Positions 9,600-17,940 of a stretch of 64,000 nucleotides of DNA are shown here, in pieces. This DNA comes from an uncultured Mycoplasmatota bacterium (lineage in GTDB: Bacteria > Bacillota_I > Bacilli_A > RF39 > UBA660), in the NCBI GenBank assembly GCA_947652325.1, contig CANTCQ010000003.1, positions 64,890 to 128,889 of the forward strand, written 5' to 3'. Made by a program: the position numbers and the translations under genes. A model generated the notes under the pieces. It saw nothing but the letters and a program-made list of their open reading frames with translations. It did not search any database and was not told where the DNA came from. Positions within the stretch are counted from its first letter, which is position 1. Every line of letters begins with the position of its first letter.

Positions 9600-10871
9600 A
9601 TGGCGAGTAAGTACAAAATAAGCCTTTATTTTATTGGAATATGCTTAATATTTTCATTATTTTTGTTAGCATCTTTTGTTAAATTTAAAAAAGAAGAAAA
9701 AGAAAGAAGTCCTTTGGTAATTGTTAATAATGGTTTATCTATTAATTTTCTACAAGGAAAAAACATTAAAATAGCCAATAATACCAAAAAATATACATTT
9801 TCGATAACCAATAACACAGAAGAAAAGAAATTTTATCACATTTCATTAGAAAATATAAAATGCAATCAAGAAAATATCACTTATGATTTAAAAGAAAAAA
9901 ATAATAAATTAAACATAACTAAAAATAGTTTTTCAGAAGAAAATAAATATTTAGCAAACTTTATTGAAATCAAGGCAAGAGAGACACACTTTTATGAACT
10001 AACAATTTATGAAAAAGAAAAATTAAATCTTAATGCTGAAATTACAATTGGTATGCAAGAAAGTCAAGAAGATTACTTTGCAAATACAATTTTAAAAAAT
10101 AACGAAATAAAAAAATTGCCACTGACAAAAGTTGGAGAAGAAATTGCCGCTACAAATGAAGGCTTAATTGAAACAAAAGATGATTATGGTATCTCTTACT
10201 ATTTTCGAGGAAATATACCAAATAATTACGTTTTATTTGCTAATCTTTTATGGCGGATTGTAAAAATAAATGGGGATGGGACTATTAAACTCGTTTTAAA
10301 TGATTATATAGAGACTCCATCAAATTTTTACAATGGTGAAGAAAAATTAAGTTTAGAAGAAAAATTAAATTTTACAAAAACAAACATAAATAAAAGCTTA
10401 GAAGATTGGTATCAATTAAAATTAAAAGACTATGAAACATATTTGATTTCCCATAAATATTGTGTTACTGATACAATTTTGAATGAATTTGAACAAACAA
10501 AAGAGTATGTAGGAAAAAACAATTTAAAAAATAGTAGCAAATTAGAATTAAAGTGTAGTAGTTTAGGATATCCTGCTCGAATCGGTTTATTATCAGCAGA
10601 AGAAATAGCTTTTGCGGGTGGGTCCCTAAATGAAATCAATACCAATTATTATTTGTATACACCAGAAAAAGAAACTGGTTGGTGGACCATAACACCAAGT
10701 TCTAGTGATGCAACAAATGTTATTTATTTTGAAGTAAACACGAGTGGCAAATTACAAGAAGAAAGTTTAGGAAGCTACTATAGAGGTTTAAAACCAGTTA
10801 TTAATTTAATAAAAAAAACATCGGTAACGGGTAATGGAACAAATATAGACCCCTATATTATAAAAGAATGA
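9600..10871 (+). CDS. membrane-anchored extracytoplasmic protein, unknown function
   Basis: N-terminal TM segment (ISLYFIGICLIFSLFLLASFV). The C-terminal motif block RIGLLSAEE...GWWTITP...GLKPVINL resembles a recurrent extracellular domain pattern, but I did not assign a family. Confidence 0.6.
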   Translation: MASKYKISLYFIGICLIFSLFLLASFVKFKKEEKERSPLVIVNNGLSINFLQGKNIKIANNTKKYTFSITNNTEEKKFYHISLENIKCNQENITYDLKEKNNKLNITKNSFSEENKYLANFIEIKARETHFYELTIYEKEKLNLNAEITIGMQESQEDYFANTILKNNEIKKLPLTKVGEEIAATNEGLIETKDDYGISYYFRGNIPNNYVLFANLLWRIVKINGDGTIKLVLNDYIETPSNFYNGEEKLSLEEKLNFTKTNINKSLEDWYQLKLKDYETYLISHKYCVTDTILNEFEQTKEYVGKNNLKNSSKLELKCSSLGYPARIGLLSAEEIAFAGGSLNEINTNYYLYTPEKETGWWTITPSSSDATNVIYFEVNTSGKLQEESLGSYYRGLKPVINLIKKTSVTGNGTNIDPYIIKE

Positions 10872-10904
10872 TTTACATCTTTTTTTGTAAATCATTTTGT
10901 TTTA
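10869..10904 (+). terminator. rho-independent terminator
   Basis: tgatttaca / tgtaaatca 9-bp stem starting at the TGA stop, followed by a T run. Confidence 0.8.
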
Positions 10905-10945
10905 TTTACTCTTACATGATAGCTATGCTAAAATGTATTTAGGAA

Positions 10946-11458
10946 GTGATGGAAATGAAGCAACTTATAAAAGATATAATCAGTTTTTCTAAAAGTTTAA
11001 CTGCTGTTGATTTACTTTTGTATTTTGCTGTATTGACACTTATTATTTTAATTGTATCGCTTATTTATATTATAAAAACAAGCGATGATGAAGAAGCAGA
11101 AGATTTAATTGAAAATAAAACGACTTTTTTTAATCAAGAAGATGTGGATATAAAAGAAATTATTACAAATATAGAAAATCGAGAAGAGACAGTATCAGAA
11201 TTTACAGATTATGAATCTGAACAAGAAGAAAAAGCCATTATCAGTTATGAAGAACTTTTACAAAAAAGCAAACAAGGAAAGTTAAATTATGAAGAAGAAA
11301 AAGTTGTAAATAATGAAGTAATTGTAAAAAAGGTAAGTTTAGATAACGTAGTAAATAAAGAAGAAAAAGAAGAAACACCTAAAGGAAGTCTATTTCATTA
11401 TGAAAAAGAAGAAGCATTTTTAAAAGCTTTACAATCTTTAAACGAATTATTAAACTAA
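10946..11458 (+). CDS. single-pass membrane protein with acidic cytoplasmic/extracellular tail
   Basis: 170 aa with one TM segment (LLLYFAVLTLIILIVSLIYII) followed by D/E/K-rich sequence. Confidence 0.55.
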   Translation: MMEMKQLIKDIISFSKSLTAVDLLLYFAVLTLIILIVSLIYIIKTSDDEEAEDLIENKTTFFNQEDVDIKEIITNIENREETVSEFTDYESEQEEKAIISYEELLQKSKQGKLNYEEEKVVNNEVIVKKVSLDNVVNKEEKEETPKGSLFHYEKEEAFLKALQSLNELLN

Positions 11459-11480
11459 AAGGCAAAAGCCTTTTTTATCT
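11457..11480 (+). terminator. rho-independent terminator
   Basis: aaaaggc-aaaa-gcctttt stem-loop followed by a T run. Confidence 0.7.
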
Positions 11481-11542
11481 TTTGGATTTAATTGAATAAA
11501 CATACAAAATGCGATATCATAAAACCAAGTAGGTGAAAAAGA

Positions 11543-12502
11543 ATGAAAGATATTAAAATTAAAAATGCAATGGCATTGTGTCATATCTTAGAAAATTATG
11601 AAATTTTTATAAAAGATGTAAAAAGCTTAAGAAATGAAAAAAGTTTCAATTCTTATTTTTTAGAAGATATAAAAAAGATATCTTTATCAAAAAATAGATT
11701 TGTAAGAAAAAATGTAAAAAAGTTTTATGAAAAATACCAACGGATAATTGATACAATTAACAAATATGCAAGAATTGATGTCTTTTTATTTGAAGCTCTT
11801 TATGATAGAGTAGATAAAGAAAGTGCAGAAGATTCTATGTATACTTTATATGAATACCTATTCAAAAATAAAGGAAATATAGAACAAATACTTAATGTAT
11901 TAAATCGTCTTAAGGCTTTAGGGTTCGATTCTATTCATTTGGATGAAACAGCAAATTTTACAAAAGAAGAGTATTGTATTTTTACAAATCCAATAGAAAA
12001 TTATGACAGCAATTTCGCCTATTTAGAAAATCTAGAAAGAATTCCGGCATATGGAATAAGCAAAATAAGATATAAATCCAATGGGTCACACTACAAAATA
12101 AAATTAGGTTTTTCACTTGGAAATTATCAATTTTTAAGAGACAATACAATCTATTTAAATAGTTTACTTTTTGATATATCTTTATTACCACTTCTAGCAT
12201 CTCCTGATAAGCTGTTTACAGAAATAACGATTTTAAAAGAAGAAAAAGAAGAAGCGTGTAAGAAAATAACGAATGCAGTGAATTTAAATATAAAACTTAT
12301 CGAATTAGAAAAAGAATTATATATTATAAAAAAAATGATACATAATTTATCTTTAACTCCAAATACTGAAAATTTAGTAAATAGTCTTTCTTATATAGAA
12401 TTAGAACTTGTAAGAATGAAACAAATTAGCAGCGATTATGATAAAGAATTAATCGAAGGCGACTCTTCTATTACAGAAGAAATACTAAAAAAGAAGAGAT
12501 GA
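11543..12502 (+). CDS. hypothetical protein (319 aa)
   Basis: Long ORF with SD (aggtgaaaaaga). No motif recognised. Confidence 0.55.
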   Translation: MKDIKIKNAMALCHILENYEIFIKDVKSLRNEKSFNSYFLEDIKKISLSKNRFVRKNVKKFYEKYQRIIDTINKYARIDVFLFEALYDRVDKESAEDSMYTLYEYLFKNKGNIEQILNVLNRLKALGFDSIHLDETANFTKEEYCIFTNPIENYDSNFAYLENLERIPAYGISKIRYKSNGSHYKIKLGFSLGNYQFLRDNTIYLNSLLFDISLLPLLASPDKLFTEITILKEEKEEACKKITNAVNLNIKLIELEKELYIIKKMIHNLSLTPNTENLVNSLSYIELELVRMKQISSDYDKELIEGDSSITEEILKKKR

Positions 12503-12526
12503 TTTATAAGAGGGTGAATGTATATG
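12480..12526 (+). repeat. 47-bp direct repeat, copy A (3' end of the 11543 ORF, SD and start of mtaB)
   Basis: aaatactaaaaaagaagagatgatttataagagggtgaatgtatatg matches 13951-13997 at 43 of 47 positions. Confidence 0.9.
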
Positions 12527-13813
12527 AAATTCTACATCATGACACTAGGTTGTAAAGTAAATATTTACGAAAGTGAAGTTATAAAAGAAAATCTTTTAAA
12601 GAATAACTATATTTATGAAAATAGTATGGAAAATGCAGATATTATCATTATAAATACTTGTACTGTAACAAATATGGCAGATGCTAAATCAAAAAAAATG
12701 GTACGTAGAGCAAAGCGATTTGGAAAAATAGTTATCGTTTGTGGATGTAGCAGTGAAAATAACCAAAAAAATTACCAAGAAATGGGAATCGATATTTTAA
12801 TCGGGAATAAAGACAAAAGTAAAATTCATATGTTAATTCAAGAATATATAAAAACTAATAAACCCACTACTAGATTTTATAAAGAAGAAAATTTTGATTT
12901 TGAAGATATGAGTGTTGAAAAATTTCATAGTCATACAAGAGCTTTTATAAAAATTCAAGATGGTTGTAATAATTTTTGTAGTTATTGTATAATACCGCAT
13001 GTGAGAAAAAATATACGAAGTAAAAATTTTAAACAAACCATTCAAGAAGCAAAAATTCTGGTACAAAATGGCCATAAAGAAATCGTTTTAACAGGAATTC
13101 ATACAGGTTCTTACTACACAGAAGATAATCATGATTTAGCAGATGTCATTCATGAAATTAGCAAAATAGAAAATATAAAAAGAATACGTATTTCCTCAAT
13201 TGAAATTACAGAACTTAATAGTAAAATGCTAAATGAAATAAAAAATAATTCAAAAATAGTAAATCACTTTCATATTCCTTTACAAGCAGGAAGCAATGAA
13301 ATATTAAAACGCATGAATCGAAAATATGATTTAGACTATTTTAAAAAGAAAGTGGAGGAAATAAGAGCAATAAAACCAGAAGTAAGTATTACCACTGATG
13401 TAATTGTTGGACATCCCTATGAAACAAAAGAACTTTTTGAAAAAACAATAGAAACTTGTAAGAATATAAATTTTTCAAAAATTCATGTATTCCCTTATTC
13501 AAAAAGAGAAAAAACACCATCAAGTAAAATGCCGATGCAAATAGATGATAAAGAAAAAAAAGAGAGAAGTAAACATTTAAATAAAGTAAGTAAAGAATTA
13601 GAAGAAGCATTTTATAAAAGATTTATTAATAAAGAGGTGGAAGTACTCATCGAGGAAAATAAAAAAGAAGGAAGCTGTGGTTTTACCTCAAATTACCTAA
13701 AAGTTCAAGTAGCAGAAAAATTAAAGAAAAATGAAATTTACAAGATAAAAATTACAGAATATAAAGAAGGAGAACTTATAGGAATAAAAAAAGAACAAAT
13801 TACATGTAAATAG
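12524..13813 (+). CDS. mtaB: tRNA threonylcarbamoyladenosine methylthiotransferase MtaB (MiaB-like radical SAM)
   Basis: N-terminal UPF0004 domain (TLGCKVN), radical-SAM motif CNNFCSYC and a C-terminal TRAM-like region. The position after dnaJ matches B. subtilis yqeV. Confidence 0.85.
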   Translation: MKFYIMTLGCKVNIYESEVIKENLLKNNYIYENSMENADIIIINTCTVTNMADAKSKKMVRRAKRFGKIVIVCGCSSENNQKNYQEMGIDILIGNKDKSKIHMLIQEYIKTNKPTTRFYKEENFDFEDMSVEKFHSHTRAFIKIQDGCNNFCSYCIIPHVRKNIRSKNFKQTIQEAKILVQNGHKEIVLTGIHTGSYYTEDNHDLADVIHEISKIENIKRIRISSIEITELNSKMLNEIKNNSKIVNHFHIPLQAGSNEILKRMNRKYDLDYFKKKVEEIRAIKPEVSITTDVIVGHPYETKELFEKTIETCKNINFSKIHVFPYSKREKTPSSKMPMQIDDKEKKERSKHLNKVSKELEEAFYKRFINKEVEVLIEENKKEGSCGFTSNYLKVQVAEKLKKNEIYKIKITEYKEGELIGIKKEQITCK

Positions 13814-13950
13814 ATGTTTTTTCAAATAAAAAAACTAATTTTATTCGTAAATCTTAAAATAAAAAAAGTTTATTTTGGACTAATAGGTTGTATCCAATAA
13901 CTTTAAGAAAAAATGTCAAGAAAAGAAGAATAAAAGAAGAACAAATTTAC

Positions 13951-13997
13951 AAATACTAAAAAAGAAGATATAATTTATAAGAGGGTGAATGATTATG
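13951..13997 (+). repeat. 47-bp direct repeat, copy B
   Basis: aaatactaaaaaagaagatataatttataagagggtgaatgattatg. It includes the SD and start codons of the next ORF. Confidence 0.9.
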
Positions 13998-14381
13998 TTT
14001 GTGGACGAAGCATTTAAAAAATATAAAATTGCTGAAAATGATGCATCTGTTGGAACATTAGAAGTGAATCATAATCTTTTAGCTAACTCTGTATTTATAA
14101 GACCATTTATTCGCGAAAAAAATTACAAAATGATAACCAAAATAGGAAATCGGGATTATGAAGTCTTAAATAAATATATTATTAGTAGTTTAAATAACTA
14201 CTATATTCGCTTGCAAAAAGCTACAAAATCAGAATATAAAAGAATGTTTAATACCTATAACCGCTTGTATGATATGTGGAAAGATTTACACAATTTTAAA
14301 AAGGAAAATAATTTAGTTGAAATGGATAAAACATATGATTTATTTTCTTACGAATTGTATGTTTTAGGCTATACAAATTAA
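13995..14381 (+). CDS. hypothetical protein (~128 aa)
   Basis: ORF with SD GAGGGTG. ATGs at 13989 and 13995 are both possible starts. Confidence 0.5.
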   Translation: MFVDEAFKKYKIAENDASVGTLEVNHNLLANSVFIRPFIREKNYKMITKIGNRDYEVLNKYIISSLNNYYIRLQKATKSEYKRMFNTYNRLYDMWKDLHNFKKENNLVEMDKTYDLFSYELYVLGYTN

Positions 14382-14382
14382 A

Positions 14383-14410
14383 AAAGTAGAGTTTGTCTTT
14401 ACTTTTTTTA
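14383..14410 (+). terminator. rho-independent terminator
   Basis: aaagtagag / ctttacttt stem (one G-U pair) followed by a T run. Confidence 0.7.
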
Positions 14411-14440
14411 TATGATACAATTGTTTGTAGGTGAAATACG

Positions 14441-16633
14441 ATGAACTATATAAAAGGCAAGATAAGGGCGACTATATTTAAAAATGAAAATGGCTTTTTT
14501 GTAGGGACATTCCGCGTAAAAGAAACAAATGATAATTATATGAAAGAATTTTTAAATAAAACAATTACAATCACAGGAACAGTTTTAGACCCCAATGAAG
14601 AGGAAACTTATATTTTAAATGGAGAATATATAAAACATGAACGATTTGGTTTTCAATATAAAATTATAAGTTATGAAAAAGAAAAACCAACAGGCTCCGA
14701 TGCCGTTATTGAATTTTTAGCAAGTCCTTTAATTAAGGGATGTGGTGAAAAAACAGCACGTAAAATAGTAGAAACGTTAGGGGAACAAGCGATTTCTTTA
14801 ATTAAAGAAAACAAAAATAACTTGTTTTTAGTTCCAGATATGACAGAAAACCGTGCCAACAACATTTATGCCTCTTTGCTAGCACATTCTTCGAGTGATG
14901 ACTTAATTATCGAACTTAAAAAATTTGGTTTTTCGGTTGGAGAAGCTACAAAAATTTTAAAAAAATACAAAGAAAAAACAGGTGAATTTTTACATACAAA
15001 TCTTTATTATTTCAAAAAAATAATAGATTTTAATAAATTAGATGCTATATACATGGCCCATTTTGATAAAGAAGATGAGATTCGTAAAAAAGAATGTATT
15101 CTAGAATCTATGAAAAGAATCAGTGATACAGCAGGAGATATTTATTATGAAAAAGAAGAAATATATACAGCTTTAAAAACTTATTTTAAAATTATAATAG
15201 AAGAGGCAGAATTTGTAGAATTATTAAAAAAACTCACAAGCCTCAACTTAATAAAGTGTGTAGATAAAAAGTATTATTTAATCGAAAATTACCTTCGTGA
15301 GCATGATATTGCAAAAAATTTAGAAAAAATTGGCAATCTTCCCAAAAAAGAAATGATAGAATTTGAAAGTAGCATAAAATCATTAGAAGACAACTTAAAA
15401 GTATCTTATAATATAGACCAGAAAAAAGCGATAAAAAACGCTTTAGAAAACCGAATTTCTATTATTTCAGGAGGACCTGGAACAGGAAAAACAACCATAA
15501 TTAATGCAATTACCAAACTCTATATTGAAATGCATAAACTTTCTCCTATTGACTGTATAACCAATATTGCTCTTTTAGCTCCAACGGGTAGAGCGAGTAA
15601 AAAGCTTGCTGAATCAACACATTTGCCAGCCATGACGATTCATAGATATTTAAAATGGAACAAAGATACCAATGATTTTGCTATTAACGAGTATAATAAA
15701 AACCACCATAAACTAATTATAGTAGATGAGGTAAGTATGATAGATACTTTTTTATTTGATTCTCTTTTAAAAGGATTAGATACGGGTATTCAACTTGTTT
15801 TAGTGGGAGATACTTTTCAACTTCCAAGTGTTGGAGCAGGTCTTATTTTGAACGATTTAGTGGAATCGCATTTGTTTTCTTTTAATCCCCTAGAACATAT
15901 TTATCGTCAAAGTGAAAACTCTTATATTGCCTATTTAGCAAAAGAAATCAAAGACCATAATTTAAGTGAAACTTTTACTGAAAAAAAAGATGATTATAAC
16001 TTTTTTATGACCGATAGCAAAGAAATAACAAAAGTGGTAAAAGAAATATGTAAAAGAAGTATAAAAAAGGGATTAAAAGTAGATGACTTGCAAATCCTTG
16101 CTCCTATGTACAAAGGAGAAAATGGTATTGACAATTTGAACTTAGCTTTACAAGAATTATTTAATCCAAAAAAGGACAATTTGAAAGAAGTAAATTTTGG
16201 AGATATTATATTTCGAGAAAAAGACAAAGTATTACAACTCGTAAATAATCCAGATTGTAACGTATACAATGGAGATATAGGGTATATTGAAAAAATAGAA
16301 ACTAGATACAACCCTAGAAAAAAAGAAATTGTTATTATTGATTTTGACGGCAATTATGTAGAATACCAAAAAGAAGATTTGTATATGATTAAACATGCAT
16401 ACGCTATAACGATTCATAAAAGCCAAGGAAGCGAATTTCCTCATGTAATCATGCCCATTAGTAAAAACTATTATAAGATGCTTTACAATAAACTAATATA
16501 TACGGGTGTATCAAGAGCAAAAAAAAGTTTAGTAATTGTAGGAGAAAAGAATTCTTTTTTAATGGCCATGAATAATGATTATAGTAGTAACCGCAAAACA
16601 ACATTAAAAGAAGTTTTATTGCATAATTTATAA
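14441..16633 (+). CDS. recD2: RecD2-type ATP-dependent DNA helicase (YrrC family)
   Basis: 730 aa with Walker A GGPGTGKTT, Walker B IIVDEVSM, LVLVGDTFQLPSVG and a C-terminal TIHKSQGSEF motif. Confidence 0.9.
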   Translation: MNYIKGKIRATIFKNENGFFVGTFRVKETNDNYMKEFLNKTITITGTVLDPNEEETYILNGEYIKHERFGFQYKIISYEKEKPTGSDAVIEFLASPLIKGCGEKTARKIVETLGEQAISLIKENKNNLFLVPDMTENRANNIYASLLAHSSSDDLIIELKKFGFSVGEATKILKKYKEKTGEFLHTNLYYFKKIIDFNKLDAIYMAHFDKEDEIRKKECILESMKRISDTAGDIYYEKEEIYTALKTYFKIIIEEAEFVELLKKLTSLNLIKCVDKKYYLIENYLREHDIAKNLEKIGNLPKKEMIEFESSIKSLEDNLKVSYNIDQKKAIKNALENRISIISGGPGTGKTTIINAITKLYIEMHKLSPIDCITNIALLAPTGRASKKLAESTHLPAMTIHRYLKWNKDTNDFAINEYNKNHHKLIIVDEVSMIDTFLFDSLLKGLDTGIQLVLVGDTFQLPSVGAGLILNDLVESHLFSFNPLEHIYRQSENSYIAYLAKEIKDHNLSETFTEKKDDYNFFMTDSKEITKVVKEICKRSIKKGLKVDDLQILAPMYKGENGIDNLNLALQELFNPKKDNLKEVNFGDIIFREKDKVLQLVNNPDCNVYNGDIGYIEKIETRYNPRKKEIVIIDFDGNYVEYQKEDLYMIKHAYAITIHKSQGSEFPHVIMPISKNYYKMLYNKLIYTGVSRAKKSLVIVGEKNSFLMAMNNDYSSNRKTTLKEVLLHNL

Positions 16634-16649
16634 AGTTTATTCCATACTA
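16621..16649 (+). promoter_or_regulatory. forespore-type (sigmaG/F-like) promoter candidate
   Basis: GCATA-N17-CATACTA. The -10 box ends 20 nt before the ATG at 16670, and the -35 box lies in the last codons of recD2. Confidence 0.5.
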
Positions 16650-16669
16650 GGAATAAGGAAGTGATTTTT

Positions 16670-16825
16670 ATGAAAAAAATGATGGTCGCAACAACAGTAG
16701 GAATGGCTTGTGGAGCAGGTCTTGCTGCTTACGTATTAACAAACAAAAACACAAAGAAAAATGCAGATAAACTATTAAATACAATGATGGATGAAGCGAA
16801 TCACATGATTAAAGCAAAAAATTAG
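16670..16825 (+). CDS. small YtxH-like membrane protein (51 aa)
   Basis: Not in the ORF track because it is under 60 aa. My translation is MKKMMVATTVGMACGAGLAAYVLTNKNTKKNADKLLNTMMDEANHMIKAKN. It has an SD (aaggaag) and a terminator follows. Confidence 0.55.
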   Translation: MKKMMVATTVGMACGAGLAAYVLTNKNTKKNADKLLNTMMDEANHMIKAKN

Positions 16826-16848
16826 AAGAGTAATATCTTCTTTTTTTT
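16824..16848 (+). terminator. rho-independent terminator
   Basis: agaaga-gtaata-tcttct stem-loop followed by T7. Confidence 0.7.
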
Positions 16849-16876
16849 ATATGAGTAATAAGATAGTAAAAAAGTC

Positions 16877-16905
16877 TTGACAAATGCTCGGGGGGGGGGT
16901 ATATT
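16877..16905 (+). promoter_or_regulatory. sigmaA-type promoter whose 17-nt spacer contains a G10 tract
   Basis: TTGACA at 16877-16882, spacer aatgctcGGGGGGGGGG, TATATT at 16900-16905. Confidence 0.7.
16890..16899 (+). repeat. G10 homopolymer (candidate slipped-strand phase-variation tract)
   Basis: Ten consecutive G between the -35 and -10 hexamers. Confidence 0.95.
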
Positions 16906-16936
16906 AATAGGAAAATTCATAGAAAAGGGGATGAAC

Positions 16937-17869
16937 ATGTTAAATTCTAAAGAAGAAAGGGAAATAAATAAAATATTGGAAAGTTCAGAATTAACAAGAA
17001 ATTTATCTTTTGCTGTACAAAAAGAAGAAATAGTAAACAAGTTTCCAAAATCGTTTTTTTCAGAAGAAAATCAGTCCTTATTTGAGTATGTATTTGATTT
17101 GTTACATAGATTGCCATTTGGGATTATAAAATCGAGATATGTTGAAGAATGTTTAATGTATTTATATGAGCAAGAAAATCCCTATTTAGTAAGCCCAACA
17201 AAAGAATTGTATCCTATAGTTGCCAAAAAACACGCAAAAAAGCAAGAACATATTGAAAGAGGTTTGAGATATCACATAACAAAAAATTTTCTAAATATCA
17301 ATCAAGATATTAGAGAAGAATATTTTACAACACCTGAAGGTAAAATTCCAACCAATTTCTTATTTCTTTCTAATTTAGTAGAATATATAAGGGTGCATTA
17401 CTACAGTTATTCCACACCTACCTTTACAAAAGAGCAAATAGAATATTTTATTGCAAATATGAAAAAAGAAGACAATGCAATGTATATTATAGAACAAGCC
17501 CATCGAAAAAAAGAACTCGAAAAGTTTTTGCAGGAGTACCTAGGACTTTTTCAATATCAAGCAGCAGATTCTCACTTTTTACTTACTGAGTTAATTTTGC
17601 ATTATATAGATAATCCTGTACCTTTATTATTAGACTTTTATAGAGACGAATTTATTTGTAACAGGTGGAAAATTTATACTAAACAAGATTTTCTTCAAAA
17701 AATGGCTTGTATAACTCTTTCTATTGGAAAGGCTTATCCACATATAAACCCAGAAATATACAAAGTAATTTTTGGAGATTGTGAACTTCATAGAGGAACT
17801 GCTGAGTTTATAAGAACAGTTAGTAAATACTTAAAAGAGCAAGAGTTTGTAAGAAGTTTAAAAAGATAG
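16937..17869 (+). CDS. orphan Spo0A C-terminal (DNA-binding) domain protein, two tandem Spo0A_C-like domains, no receiver domain
   Basis: LYPIVAKKHAKKQEHIERGLRYHITKNF ... IPTNFLFLSNLVEYI parallels Spo0A LYPDIAKK..ttasrVERAIRHAIevaW...PTNSEFIamvadkL. A second, weaker copy ends ...GTAEFIRTVSKYL. The start is set at the Met after the SD aaaagggg. The track start at 16877 runs through the promoter. Confidence 0.65.
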   Translation: MLNSKEEREINKILESSELTRNLSFAVQKEEIVNKFPKSFFSEENQSLFEYVFDLLHRLPFGIIKSRYVEECLMYLYEQENPYLVSPTKELYPIVAKKHAKKQEHIERGLRYHITKNFLNINQDIREEYFTTPEGKIPTNFLFLSNLVEYIRVHYYSYSTPTFTKEQIEYFIANMKKEDNAMYIIEQAHRKKELEKFLQEYLGLFQYQAADSHFLLTELILHYIDNPVPLLLDFYRDEFICNRWKIYTKQDFLQKMACITLSIGKAYPHINPEIYKVIFGDCELHRGTAEFIRTVSKYLKEQEFVRSLKR

Positions 17870-17880
17870 GAAAAATTTTT

Positions 17881-17907
17881 GAAGCAACCTGCTTCTTTTT
17901 CTTTTTT
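17881..17907 (+). terminator. rho-independent terminator
   Basis: gaagca-acc-tgcttc stem-loop followed by tttttctttttt. Confidence 0.8.
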
Positions 17908-17940
17908 AAAAATGATATAATACCAAAAGGTGGGTAGTAA

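Noticed and set aside
16877-16936. ORF-track start at 16877, which would translate the G10 tract as RGGG at the N-terminus of the Spo0A-C-like protein.
   Set aside because: The first codon lies inside the TTGACA -35 hexamer. No SD precedes it, whereas aaaagggg precedes the Met at 16931/16937. The tract is better explained as promoter spacer.
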